64,000 nucleotides of DNA from contig CBDCXR010000004.1 in NCBI GenBank assembly GCA_965223845.1, forward strand, positions 3,584,001 through 3,648,000, read 5' to 3'. Source of the stretch: Planctomycetota bacterium (lineage in GTDB: Bacteria; Planctomycetota; UBA8108; SXIK01). The notes under the pieces were generated by a model that was not told the origin of the DNA, did not search any database, and saw nothing but the letters and a program-made list of their open reading frames with translations. Every line of letters begins with the position of its first letter. Within the stretch, counting starts at the first letter, position 1. Position numbers and translations under genes: made by a program. This document shows, in pieces, positions 39,173-47,582 of the stretch.

Positions 39173-39293
39173 GGAGATGCCCCGGCCGCAAGACGGTTGA
39201 ACCTACCGCATCGCGACGGTCGAGGTCCAGTCTCACCCCGGCGGGCTCCTATGTCGAATCCTTCGCGCCCCCGCTCCGAGCGGACGCATCTCC
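39173..39293 (-). ncRNA. Candidate short 6S-like RNA
   Basis: Closing stem GGAGAUGC/GCAUCUCC; CGACAU-AGGAGCCCGC segment and UGGACCU...AGGUUCAA hairpin resemble motifs I recall from known 6S RNAs; intergenic. Confidence 0.5.
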
Positions 39294-39498
39294 CGTGATC
39301 CACGCATGAGACGCTCGATCCCGGCTCTCTATTCACTCGTTTTTTCTGCGCGGGACGGTGGCGAAACGGTCGATCGATCGAAGAAAGTTACCGGACGGTG
39401 AACCACCTCGTTTGTGTGCGGTTCGGTAGCGGGACGGCGACGGGCCCCGAACAACTACCGAGCCTTTCGGTCGGTCGCGTCCGACCGCACGATCGACG

Positions 39499-41505
39499 CT
39501 ACGCGCCGCCTCGCGCGTCGCCGCGACGAACGGCGGACAGGCATAGAACGGCGACCGCGATCGCCGGGAGCCATACGCCCGGTCGAGTGGCGGTGCTCTG
39601 CCATTCTTCACCCCTCGCGCTGGAGACGACCGCGAGAAGGACCCCGTTGTACACACCGTGGAACACCATGCACGGAACGATCGACCGCGACCGGTGCCGC
39701 AACGTCGCGAGCGCGACTCCGAGCGCGAAGGTCACGACGAAGCGATGGATGCTGAGGTGGAACGCGCCGAACAGAACGCCGATCCAAAGCGCCGTTCGGA
39801 CCGGTCGGCGCGCGAGCTCGAGCTCGCCCTGAACCGCTCCGCGCCAGAGAATCTCCTCGCAGATCGCGGGCGAGATCACGATCAGGAAGACACGAAGACC
39901 GAGCGGGATCTCCGCTAGCTCTCGCCCGAAGTCACCGAGAAGCTGGGGCGAGGGAAGGAACTTCTCCTGAAGACTCAGGTAGCCGAGCGCGACCACCGCG
40001 AGCGCGAGCGCCGCGGAGGCGGCGAGCCCGAGATGGCGGATCGACGGCGCACGCAGGGCGAGCGCCTCCCGCCAGTTCAATCGAAACACGAGCGGATAGA
40101 GGAGCGCCGGGAGAAGGACGATTCCCCACAGCGTGAGGACGAGTCCCCACACGAGATCGCGACTCTGCAGCCACGCGCCGCCGTAGTAGACGCCGAGGAG
40201 AATCAAAAGCCCGCCGAAGACGAGCGCGCGCCGACCGCGGGTCTCCGCGACGAAATCTTCGCGCCGCGCCGGTGCGGCGAGGCCGAGGACGATGTCCTCC
40301 CGGGCGAGCAAGATCCGCGTCCCGCGCAGGGCGAGAGCCGCGTAGAGGACGGTGGAGACGAGCGCAATCGCGAATGGAGTCGGCTCGATCGTCCCCGCGA
40401 GAGCGTGGCGCATCCCCGCCGTCACGTTCGCGATGGGAACGACGGCGACCACCCCGCCGAGCTGAACTCCCGGGGCGACGCCGAGGCCGGCGAGCAGCAC
40501 TGCGACGAGTGTGACCGGAAAGAGATACGTCTGTGCTTCGCGGTACGAACGAGCGTAAGCGGAGAGCGCGAGCATCGAAGCGCTCGTCAGCACCGCGAAC
40601 GGGATGGCGAGCGCCGCGACCGCGAGAAGCGCTCCGGCGGTCGGCGGGACGAGAAGCGGGTTCGCGTCCCCGTCTGCGGGAGTCGTCCAGCTCGCGCCGA
40701 CGTAGATCGCGACGCAGTTGAGAACGACCGCGACGAGCGACACGGCGAGAACGACCGCGAACTTGCCGCGGACGACACTGGCGCCGTCCACGGGATGAAC
40801 ATGGAGCGTCTCGAGGGTGCCGCGCTCCTTCTCTCCCGCGACGAGGTCGATCGCCGCGAACGAGCCTCCGGTGAGCAGCAGAAGGACGAGAAGAAGCGGA
40901 AGCAGTCGCGCGCTGTTCGAGTTTCGCCGCTCGGTCGGCGAAGCGAGATCTCGGGGGTTCGCGCGTAAATACTCGTCGTAGCGAATCTCGGCTCCGCGTT
41001 CTCTGAGGCCGCGCTCGATGCGACGGTGGCGTAGATCGGCGATCGCCGCTCTTACGCGTCGTCGTGCCTCGCGGCTCGCCTCGGACGTCGAGCGGTACTC
41101 GAGTCGGTACGCACCGTCGGGCACGAATCGGCTCTCGGGTGGTACTCGGTGTCCCTCGTCCTCGGCTTCACTCGGTGGCGCCGTGACTTCGAGGAGCGCG
41201 TACACGTCGCCGGCGGTCGACCAGTCCTCGTCGGTCTCCCAAACGTGGAGCACCAGTGCGTGCTCTTGAAGAAGCGAGGGGAGATCGTGCGGGAGACCGA
41301 TCACCGCGATCGGCAACGGGCGCGAGGCGAGCTCGCCCCGCTTCTCTCCCGCGAACCGCCACGCAAAGCTGAGCACGGGGTAGAGGAGGACCGGAAGCAC
41401 GAATGCGACGAGGAGCGCCCGGCGATCCCGCAGAATCTCGCGCACCTCCTTGCGAAAGACGACGAACGCGACGCCCGGGACGCTGCGCCCGCGCGGAGCG
41501 CTCAC
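39499..41505 (-). CDS. NatB-like ABC-2 permease fused to a CPBP (Abi/CAAX) intramembrane protease
   Basis: KEVREILRDRR, AGEKERGTLETL, ARSYREAQ; C-terminal EEILWRG, FGAFH, HGVYN. Confidence 0.88.
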   Translation of the reverse strand: MSAPRGRSVPGVAFVVFRKEVREILRDRRALLVAFVLPVLLYPVLSFAWRFAGEKRGELASRPLPIAVIGLPHDLPSLLQEHALVLHVWETDEDWSTAGDVYALLEVTAPPSEAEDEGHRVPPESRFVPDGAYRLEYRSTSEASREARRRVRAAIADLRHRRIERGLRERGAEIRYDEYLRANPRDLASPTERRNSNSARLLPLLLVLLLLTGGSFAAIDLVAGEKERGTLETLHVHPVDGASVVRGKFAVVLAVSLVAVVLNCVAIYVGASWTTPADGDANPLLVPPTAGALLAVAALAIPFAVLTSASMLALSAYARSYREAQTYLFPVTLVAVLLAGLGVAPGVQLGGVVAVVPIANVTAGMRHALAGTIEPTPFAIALVSTVLYAALALRGTRILLAREDIVLGLAAPARREDFVAETRGRRALVFGGLLILLGVYYGGAWLQSRDLVWGLVLTLWGIVLLPALLYPLVFRLNWREALALRAPSIRHLGLAASAALALAVVALGYLSLQEKFLPSPQLLGDFGRELAEIPLGLRVFLIVISPAICEEILWRGAVQGELELARRPVRTALWIGVLFGAFHLSIHRFVVTFALGVALATLRHRSRSIVPCMVFHGVYNGVLLAVVSSARGEEWQSTATRPGVWLPAIAVAVLCLSAVRRGDARGGA

Positions 41506-42299
41506 GTGGGCTCCGCCGACTCGGGAGAGGCCGGCTCCCCGCTCGTCGTCTCCGGCGACGCCCCCACGACGGACTTGAAGATGTCTTCGAGATACGCGTG
41601 GCCCGTCTCTTCTCGGAGCTCGTCGAGCGTGCCATTCGCGCGAATGCGCCCCTCATGGACGATGGCGACGCGGTCGCAAAGCCGCTCGACCTCACTCATG
41701 ATGTGAGTCGAGAAGACAATGCATTTTCCGCGCTCACGACTCGTTCGAATGAAATCGATCATCGTGCTCGCGACGAGGATATCGAGCCCGAGCGTCGGCT
41801 CGTCGAGGATGAGGACGTCGGGATCGTGCACGATCGTCCGTGCGATCGAGACCTTCTGCTTCATGCCGGTCGAGAGCTTCTCGCAGCGAACGCGCGCGAA
41901 CTCGGCGATGCCGAAGAGATCTATGAGCTCTTCCACCCGGTGAGCGAGCTGGGCGCGCGACAGGCCGTGCAGCGTACCGAAATACTGGAGCGTCTCGACG
42001 GGAGTGAGCCGCCCGTACAGTCCCGTCGACGCGGAGAGAAAACCGATGGCCCGGCGCACGGCGAGGGGATCGCTCGCGACGTCGTTTCCGGCCACGCGTG
42101 CCCAGCCCGAGGTCGGCCTGAGGACGGTCGAGAGCATCCGCAGCGTCGTCGTTTTGCCGGCTCCGTTCGGTCCGAGGAGGCCGAAGATCTCGCCCCCCGC
42201 GCAGGAGAAGCTCACGCGATCCACCGCGGTCACATCGCCTCGGCGAGGATCGCGGAAGACTTTCGTCAGCTCGTGCGTCTCGATGCGCGCGTCCGTCAT
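41502..42299 (-). CDS. NatA-like ABC transporter ATP-binding protein
   Basis: GPNGAGKTT, LSTGMKQK, ILDEPT, STH. Confidence 0.93.
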   Translation of the reverse strand: MTDARIETHELTKVFRDPRRGDVTAVDRVSFSCAGGEIFGLLGPNGAGKTTTLRMLSTVLRPTSGWARVAGNDVASDPLAVRRAIGFLSASTGLYGRLTPVETLQYFGTLHGLSRAQLAHRVEELIDLFGIAEFARVRCEKLSTGMKQKVSIARTIVHDPDVLILDEPTLGLDILVASTMIDFIRTSRERGKCIVFSTHIMSEVERLCDRVAIVHEGRIRANGTLDELREETGHAYLEDIFKSVVGASPETTSGEPASPESAEPT

Positions 42300-43633
42300 C
42301 TCGCGCCTCCCGGATCGCCGGTCCCGAATGCGTTCGCGCGACCCGCGCGCCGGCGCCAACGTCCCCAACCTACGCCGCCCGCGACGACCTCACTCCGGCG
42401 GAGGCGCGCCGCGGCGAGCGCGAGCACGATTCCGACGTAAAAAAGAGAAGTTCCGAAGGTGATCGCGACGACCGCCGCCGAAGGCTCGCCGTCGATCGCT
42501 TCGCGAAAAAGGAGCGCGATGTTCACGAGAGGAACGCACGCGAGGGCCGGAGTCGCGCTGATCTCGGGCGCGGTTAGAAAGAGCGCCGGCACGGCGGCGA
42601 GCACGTAGACGGGCATCACGTACGATTGTCCCTCTTTGAACGTCTGTGCCTGAAAAGCAAGGAACATCATCAGCGCGCTGAAGGTCACGCTGAGAAGAAC
42701 CGCCGCGAGGAGGACGACGAGGAGAACTCCCACACTCATCGAGACCGCGGAGAGCTTGAGGAGAGAAGCTTGGTGGACGAGAGTGAACGAGAGGCTCGCC
42801 GCGTTGAGGATAAACGCGACAAACGAGAGGAGAACGACGGCGAGGAACTTGCCCGCGACGATCGATCCGCGCGCGACCGGTGATAGGAGAGTCGTCTCGA
42901 GGCTGCCGCGCTCGCGCTCGCCGACGGTGACGTCGAGCGCAGGGTAGAGTGCACCGAGAGCCGTCATGACGAGCATGAGAAGCGGCAGAATGCGCGAGAT
43001 GAGGTGCTGCGACCGATCCGCCGTCGTCGAACGATCCTGTCCCGACACATCGACCGAGTCGACGAGACGAGTCGGCGCACCGACCTTCGCGGCGAGCGCT
43101 CGGAGCTCCTCCGTCTTCCACTCTTCGACCACTTCCGAGAGACGATCCTTTGCGCGCACGCTCCGATCCCGAACGCTGGCGAAGAGAACGGTGAGGGCGA
43201 TGTCGCCGATCGCGGCGGGCGCGGGCGTCGCGAGCACCCAGGCGTCGGCGCGGTCACGCGCGATCTCCGCGCGGGCTTCGGTCTCCGACGTCGCGGCGGC
43301 CGCGTCGGCGGCAGAGTCCGTTTCGAGAAGCGTGACCCTTTCATTCGCGCCGAGCCGCTCACGCAGCCGATCCACGGCCGGGATGCCGTCTCCCACGAGG
43401 CGAACGCGCGAGATTTCGTTCTCTTCCACTCCGCGCAAGTACGCGACGGACTGGATGGCGACCCAGACGAGAAACGGATAGAGAAAGACGGGGACGAATA
43501 CGGAGTAGATCAGCGTGTGCTGATCGCGAACGAGGCACCGACATTCCTTCGTGAACGTCACGATCGCTACGCGCATCCACGCGGTCAACGCCGTGCGGTT
43601 CGGTTGAGGTTGAACGCGAGCTGAATCGGACAC
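42296..43633 (-). CDS. NatB-like ABC-2 permease
   Basis: KECRCLVRD, GERERGSLETTL, GKF, TFKEGQ; multiple TM segments. Confidence 0.87.
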   Translation of the reverse strand: MSDSARVQPQPNRTALTAWMRVAIVTFTKECRCLVRDQHTLIYSVFVPVFLYPFLVWVAIQSVAYLRGVEENEISRVRLVGDGIPAVDRLRERLGANERVTLLETDSAADAAAATSETEARAEIARDRADAWVLATPAPAAIGDIALTVLFASVRDRSVRAKDRLSEVVEEWKTEELRALAAKVGAPTRLVDSVDVSGQDRSTTADRSQHLISRILPLLMLVMTALGALYPALDVTVGERERGSLETTLLSPVARGSIVAGKFLAVVLLSFVAFILNAASLSFTLVHQASLLKLSAVSMSVGVLLVVLLAAVLLSVTFSALMMFLAFQAQTFKEGQSYVMPVYVLAAVPALFLTAPEISATPALACVPLVNIALLFREAIDGEPSAAVVAITFGTSLFYVGIVLALAAARLRRSEVVAGGVGWGRWRRRAGRANAFGTGDPGGAR

Positions 43634-43684
43634 CCGGAGAAGCCCTTTGTCGTTCGTGGTTCGCTCAGCCGACCTTCGTGTAGA

Positions 43685-44695
43685 TCACGAATCGAGATCG
43701 CGGTCGTGGAGGAGCCCCTCCTCACGAAGCCGAGCGAAGTGCTCGACGGTGCGGCGGATCCCGTCCTCGAGAGGAGTGAGAGCGATCTCGCCGAGGAGAC
43801 TCCTGAGGCCGCTGTCGTCGAGATCGAAGGCGAGCGGCAGCGGCGGACCTTCGACCCGGATGCGGCTGCGCGCGCCAGGCACGATCTCGTCCAGCGCGTC
43901 GATGAAACTCTCGACCTCCGTGACGGCTCCGCGGAGATTGAACGCGAACGCTCCGTCCTCGAGTGCATCGACGCATTCGACGAAGCGCGCCGCGACGTCC
44001 TCGACGAAGTCGAAGGAAGTCGGGCCCGAAAACGGAATCGTGTACTCCCGCTCGAGCATCGCCGCCTTGATCGCCTTCGTCGGTCCGCTCGTCGCCCCGA
44101 TCTCTCGCCCGACGCCGTAGACCGTGTACGGTCGAAGTCCGACGCTCGGGATCCCGTGGTCGTGCCAGTACACTCGGGCGCAGCCTTCCCCCGCGGCCTT
44201 GAACACGCCGTAGTGCGTGCGCGGCCGGTGGCAGGCCTCGTCCGGAACGCGGCCTTCGTAGTCCTCGATCGGCCCGACGACCGCGGCGCTCGACGCGTAG
44301 ACGATCGGCAAGCCGCCCGCCGTGCGGGCAGCCTCGAACACCTCGAGGGTCCCGCGCAGGTTGACGCGCGAACCGAGAATCGGGTCGCGCCGACAGGTCG
44401 GCACCTGCACGCCGGCGAGATGGATGACGGCGGACGGCGCGAAGTCACGAACGGCGTCGTTCACCGACGAGCCGTCGGAAACGTCACCGAAGTAGCGGCC
44501 GAGTCGCTCGATCTCGTCGCGCGCGAGGATTTGACCCAGGAAATGGTTACTCGGCTCGAGATCGAGAAGCGCGACCGCATCCCCGCGCGCCAGGAGACGT
44601 CGAGCGATCCACGCGCCGATGAACCCCTGGCCGCCAGTGACGAGGATTCGCTGGCTCGAGCCGCCGGTCACGGAGCTGCTCGAAACACCAGGCAC
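43685..44695 (-). CDS. NAD-dependent epimerase/dehydratase (extended SDR)
   Basis: TGGQGFIG, HLAG, YASS, YGVFK (YxxxK), RPYTVYG. Confidence 0.9.
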   Translation of the reverse strand: MPGVSSSSVTGGSSQRILVTGGQGFIGAWIARRLLARGDAVALLDLEPSNHFLGQILARDEIERLGRYFGDVSDGSSVNDAVRDFAPSAVIHLAGVQVPTCRRDPILGSRVNLRGTLEVFEAARTAGGLPIVYASSAAVVGPIEDYEGRVPDEACHRPRTHYGVFKAAGEGCARVYWHDHGIPSVGLRPYTVYGVGREIGATSGPTKAIKAAMLEREYTIPFSGPTSFDFVEDVAARFVECVDALEDGAFAFNLRGAVTEVESFIDALDEIVPGARSRIRVEGPPLPLAFDLDDSGLRSLLGEIALTPLEDGIRRTVEHFARLREEGLLHDRDLDS

Positions 44696-45906
44696 GAGTT
44701 GTGGCCGCCGAAGCCGAAGCTGTTCGAGATCGCGACCTGCACCGGTCGCTCGATCGCTTCATTCGGAACGTAGTAGAGATCGCACTCGGGATCCGGTTCC
44801 TCGTAGTTGATCGTCGGCGGAATGCGTCCAGTGCGAATCGACTGGATGGCGACGATCGCCTCGACCGCGCCCGCGGCACCGATCATGTGCCCCAGCATCG
44901 ACTTGGTCGAGCTGACCGGAACGCGAAACGCGCATTCCCCGAGCGCACTCTTCAGCACTTTCGTCTCGACGGGATCGTTCTGCTGCGTGGACGTTCCGTG
45001 CGCGTTCACATAGTCGATGTCCGCCGGCTCGACTTCCGCCATATTCATCGCGAGTCGTACGGCCCGAGCGGCCTGCTCACCGCTCGGATCCGGCGCCGTC
45101 TTGTGGAAGGCGTCGGTCGTCTGGCCAAACCCGCTGAGAATCCCGAGAATCGGCGCGTCTCGCCGGCGGGCGTGAGCCATCGACTCGAGGACGAGTGCCC
45201 CGGCGCCCTGCCCCATGACGAATCCACTCCGCCGGCGATCGAACGGACGCGACACGCGCGTCGGATCGCCGTTCGAGCGCGCGAGCGCACCGAGGTTGGT
45301 GAACGTGGCCACTCCGAGCTCCGACACCGCGTCCTCGGTTCCGCCGGCGACCATGACATCCGTCTCGCCGAGAAGGATCGAGCGCGCGGCGAAGATCAAT
45401 GCGTCGCTCCCGGACGAGCACGCCGTCGAGACCGAGGTCGAGGGTCCCTTGAACCCGTAGAGGCGACTCACCTCGCTCGGGGAGACGTCGGGGGTGCCGC
45501 TCGGAACGAGAAGCGGAGACACGCGACGCGGTCCGCGACTCTTGAGCACACAGGTCTCCTCCTCGATCGGGCGGAGCGCTCCGATGCCCGTTCCGAACAC
45601 CGTTCCCACTCGCTCCGGGTCGACATCGCTTCGATCGAGTCCCGCCGACTCGACCGCCTGCTTCGCCGACGCCATCGCGAAGAGAACATACGACGCGAGG
45701 CGTCGCGCCTCCTTCGCGGTGATCCCGACCTCGCGCTCGGGGTCGAACCCCTTCACCTCTCCGGCGATGTCTACCGGGAAACCGTCGGTCGAGAACCCCC
45801 GGATGTGCTCGATGCCCGACCGCCCGGCCAGCAGGGCGTCCCAGACGTCGGAAACTTCATTACCGCAGGGGGTTATGCAACCAACCCCCGTGACTGCGAT
45901 GTCCAT
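44668..45906 (-). CDS. fabF: 3-oxoacyl-ACP synthase II
   Basis: TACSSG, NAHGTST, KSMLGHMIGAAG, NSFGFGG. Confidence 0.93.
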   Translation of the reverse strand: MDIAVTGVGCITPCGNEVSDVWDALLAGRSGIEHIRGFSTDGFPVDIAGEVKGFDPEREVGITAKEARRLASYVLFAMASAKQAVESAGLDRSDVDPERVGTVFGTGIGALRPIEEETCVLKSRGPRRVSPLLVPSGTPDVSPSEVSRLYGFKGPSTSVSTACSSGSDALIFAARSILLGETDVMVAGGTEDAVSELGVATFTNLGALARSNGDPTRVSRPFDRRRSGFVMGQGAGALVLESMAHARRRDAPILGILSGFGQTTDAFHKTAPDPSGEQAARAVRLAMNMAEVEPADIDYVNAHGTSTQQNDPVETKVLKSALGECAFRVPVSSTKSMLGHMIGAAGAVEAIVAIQSIRTGRIPPTINYEEPDPECDLYYVPNEAIERPVQVAISNSFGFGGHNSCLVFRAAP

Positions 45907-46220
45907 TCAGGCGATGCTCTCCGGGGCGCATTGGACCCACTCGGGCCGGCGTCGATTCACCCCGCCGCGCCGGCGACTCCGCCGGACGCGGGAGGCCCCG
46001 CAAGTCGGCGCACCAAGACTACTGATGAATCCGCCCCGCGCAAGCGGGAATCGCCCGGCGGAAGCGCGTCGAAGCTTGTCGGGCGGAGACGGGGGAACGT
46101 AAGATTTAGGTCTGGGTCGAGATACCTCTCGTCGTTCTGCCCGTATCGCTGGCTCGCGCCGGAGAGGGCCGCGGTCATTCGTGCGGGTCTGTGCTCAAAC
46201 GCGCATCGGAGGGTGATTCT

Positions 46221-47204
46221 ATGCCGCGGAGATACCGATTCGGAGCTACGGCAGCTCTCTTGCTGATTTCGCTGAGCGTCCCCGCGTGGGCTCAGCCCAT
46301 CTACGAGTACGACGGGAGCAGCGACGCCGCAGGCGGCGGAGCGTTCGACGCGCTCGACGGGACTTTCAGTCACGACAACGGATCGGACGAGTGGGACGGC
46401 GAGGGGTTCGGCGCCGGCAACCCCGGCGGCGTCGAGAGCATCGACGGCTTCCTCCGGATCCAAGATCCCGGTGATCCCCGCGATCACGGCAACGCCGATC
46501 CGGGCAGCAATCGGAAGGTCTACCTCGGTCACGATCTCTCGGCAGACGGCGCGTCGGACACGATGCTCGACGACGGCGTCGTGCTGCGCTTCCGAGCGCG
46601 CCTTTCGCCCGAGGCGGATGATCTCCGTCCCGATGGAGGCGGCGGCGTCGTCGCGTTTCCGGGCGCCGACGGTTATATGGTGCACGACGGGGGGAAGGGG
46701 AACATCAGCCTCAAGCAGGCCGCGGGTGGCGTGATCTCCTTCTGCCTCATCACCGACGGCGATGCGGGGCTCGGCGACGGCCTCATCATGAACAATCTGA
46801 ATGGGAGCGCCGTATCGGGCGATGTCGATCAGCAGGGCGGTGACCCGGGCGAGATCAACCTCGTCGCACTCAACCCCTCCGAGTGGCACGACTTCGTCGT
46901 CGTGATCCGGGCGGGCGGCACCGGTACGCACCAGGCGTCGATCTCGGTCGATGGCGCACCGGCGGGAACGTTCGACGTCACGGCCGGAACCGGATCCGAC
47001 TTCGACGGAATCAGCTACCTCGCGATCGGCGCGGGAGCGACACCGCAGTCCGGCGCGATCGACATCGACCACGTGAGCGTATCGGCGATTCCGGCCGCGC
47101 AAGTGCCGCTCCTCTCGAACTGGGGAACGCTCCTTCTCGTGGCCGCTCTCACGGCCGCCGGAGCCGCTGCACTCCGGGCGCGCCGCGCCTCGACCGAAGG
47201 CTGA
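46221..47204 (+). CDS. Acidic secreted protein with IPTL-CTERM-like sorting signal
   Basis: Signal peptide (...PAWA/Q); C-terminal VPLLSNWG + TM helix + RARR. Confidence 0.8.
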   Translation: MPRRYRFGATAALLLISLSVPAWAQPIYEYDGSSDAAGGGAFDALDGTFSHDNGSDEWDGEGFGAGNPGGVESIDGFLRIQDPGDPRDHGNADPGSNRKVYLGHDLSADGASDTMLDDGVVLRFRARLSPEADDLRPDGGGGVVAFPGADGYMVHDGGKGNISLKQAAGGVISFCLITDGDAGLGDGLIMNNLNGSAVSGDVDQQGGDPGEINLVALNPSEWHDFVVVIRAGGTGTHQASISVDGAPAGTFDVTAGTGSDFDGISYLAIGAGATPQSGAIDIDHVSVSAIPAAQVPLLSNWGTLLLVAALTAAGAAALRARRASTEG

Positions 47205-47300
47205 GCGAGAGTTCCAGTCGCTCGAAACGAGGATCGGCGGCCGCGCTCGACGCGCGATCGTCGATCTTCGTTCCGGCAGCGATCGCCGTCACACGACGCC

Positions 47301-47336
47301 AAAACAAAAACCGCCGGCGCTGAGCGCCGGCGGTTT
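47301..47336 (-). terminator. Rho-independent terminator after tRNA-Glu (possibly bidirectional)
   Basis: Stem CCGCCGGCGC-tga-GCGCCGGCGG; minus strand continues TTTTTGTTTT. Confidence 0.85.
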
Positions 47337-47339
47337 CGA

Positions 47340-47417
47340 TGGTGACCCCAAGGGGATTTGAACCCCTGTTACAAGGATGAGAACCTTGTGTCCTGGGCCA
47401 GGCTAGACGATGGGGCC
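47340..47417 (-). tRNA. tRNA-Glu(CTC)
   Basis: GGCCCCATCGTCTAGCCTGGCCCAGGACACAAGGTT-CTC-ATCCTTGTAACAGGGGTTCAAATCCCCTTGGGGTCACCA; cloverleaf with encoded CCA. Confidence 0.97.
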
Positions 47418-47582
47418 CCAGGCCTCGTCCCGACGCGCGAGTCGCTGACGCGCGCCTCGAGGGAGAGCCGATGATAGGCCTCGCGTCCCGCGGGTCAACA
47501 GTCCGCCCGAAAAGCTCTCGCCGAGCTTAGGTCGGATCGGGAAGGTTGCTCTCGAGACGTCCTGGGCTCCGGGCGGTCCGGC

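Noticed and set aside
47340-47417. tRNA-Glu as a possible island integration site (also tRNA-Gln at 63655-63729)
   Set aside because: No integrase, and I noticed no duplicated tRNA 3' end or compositional shift.
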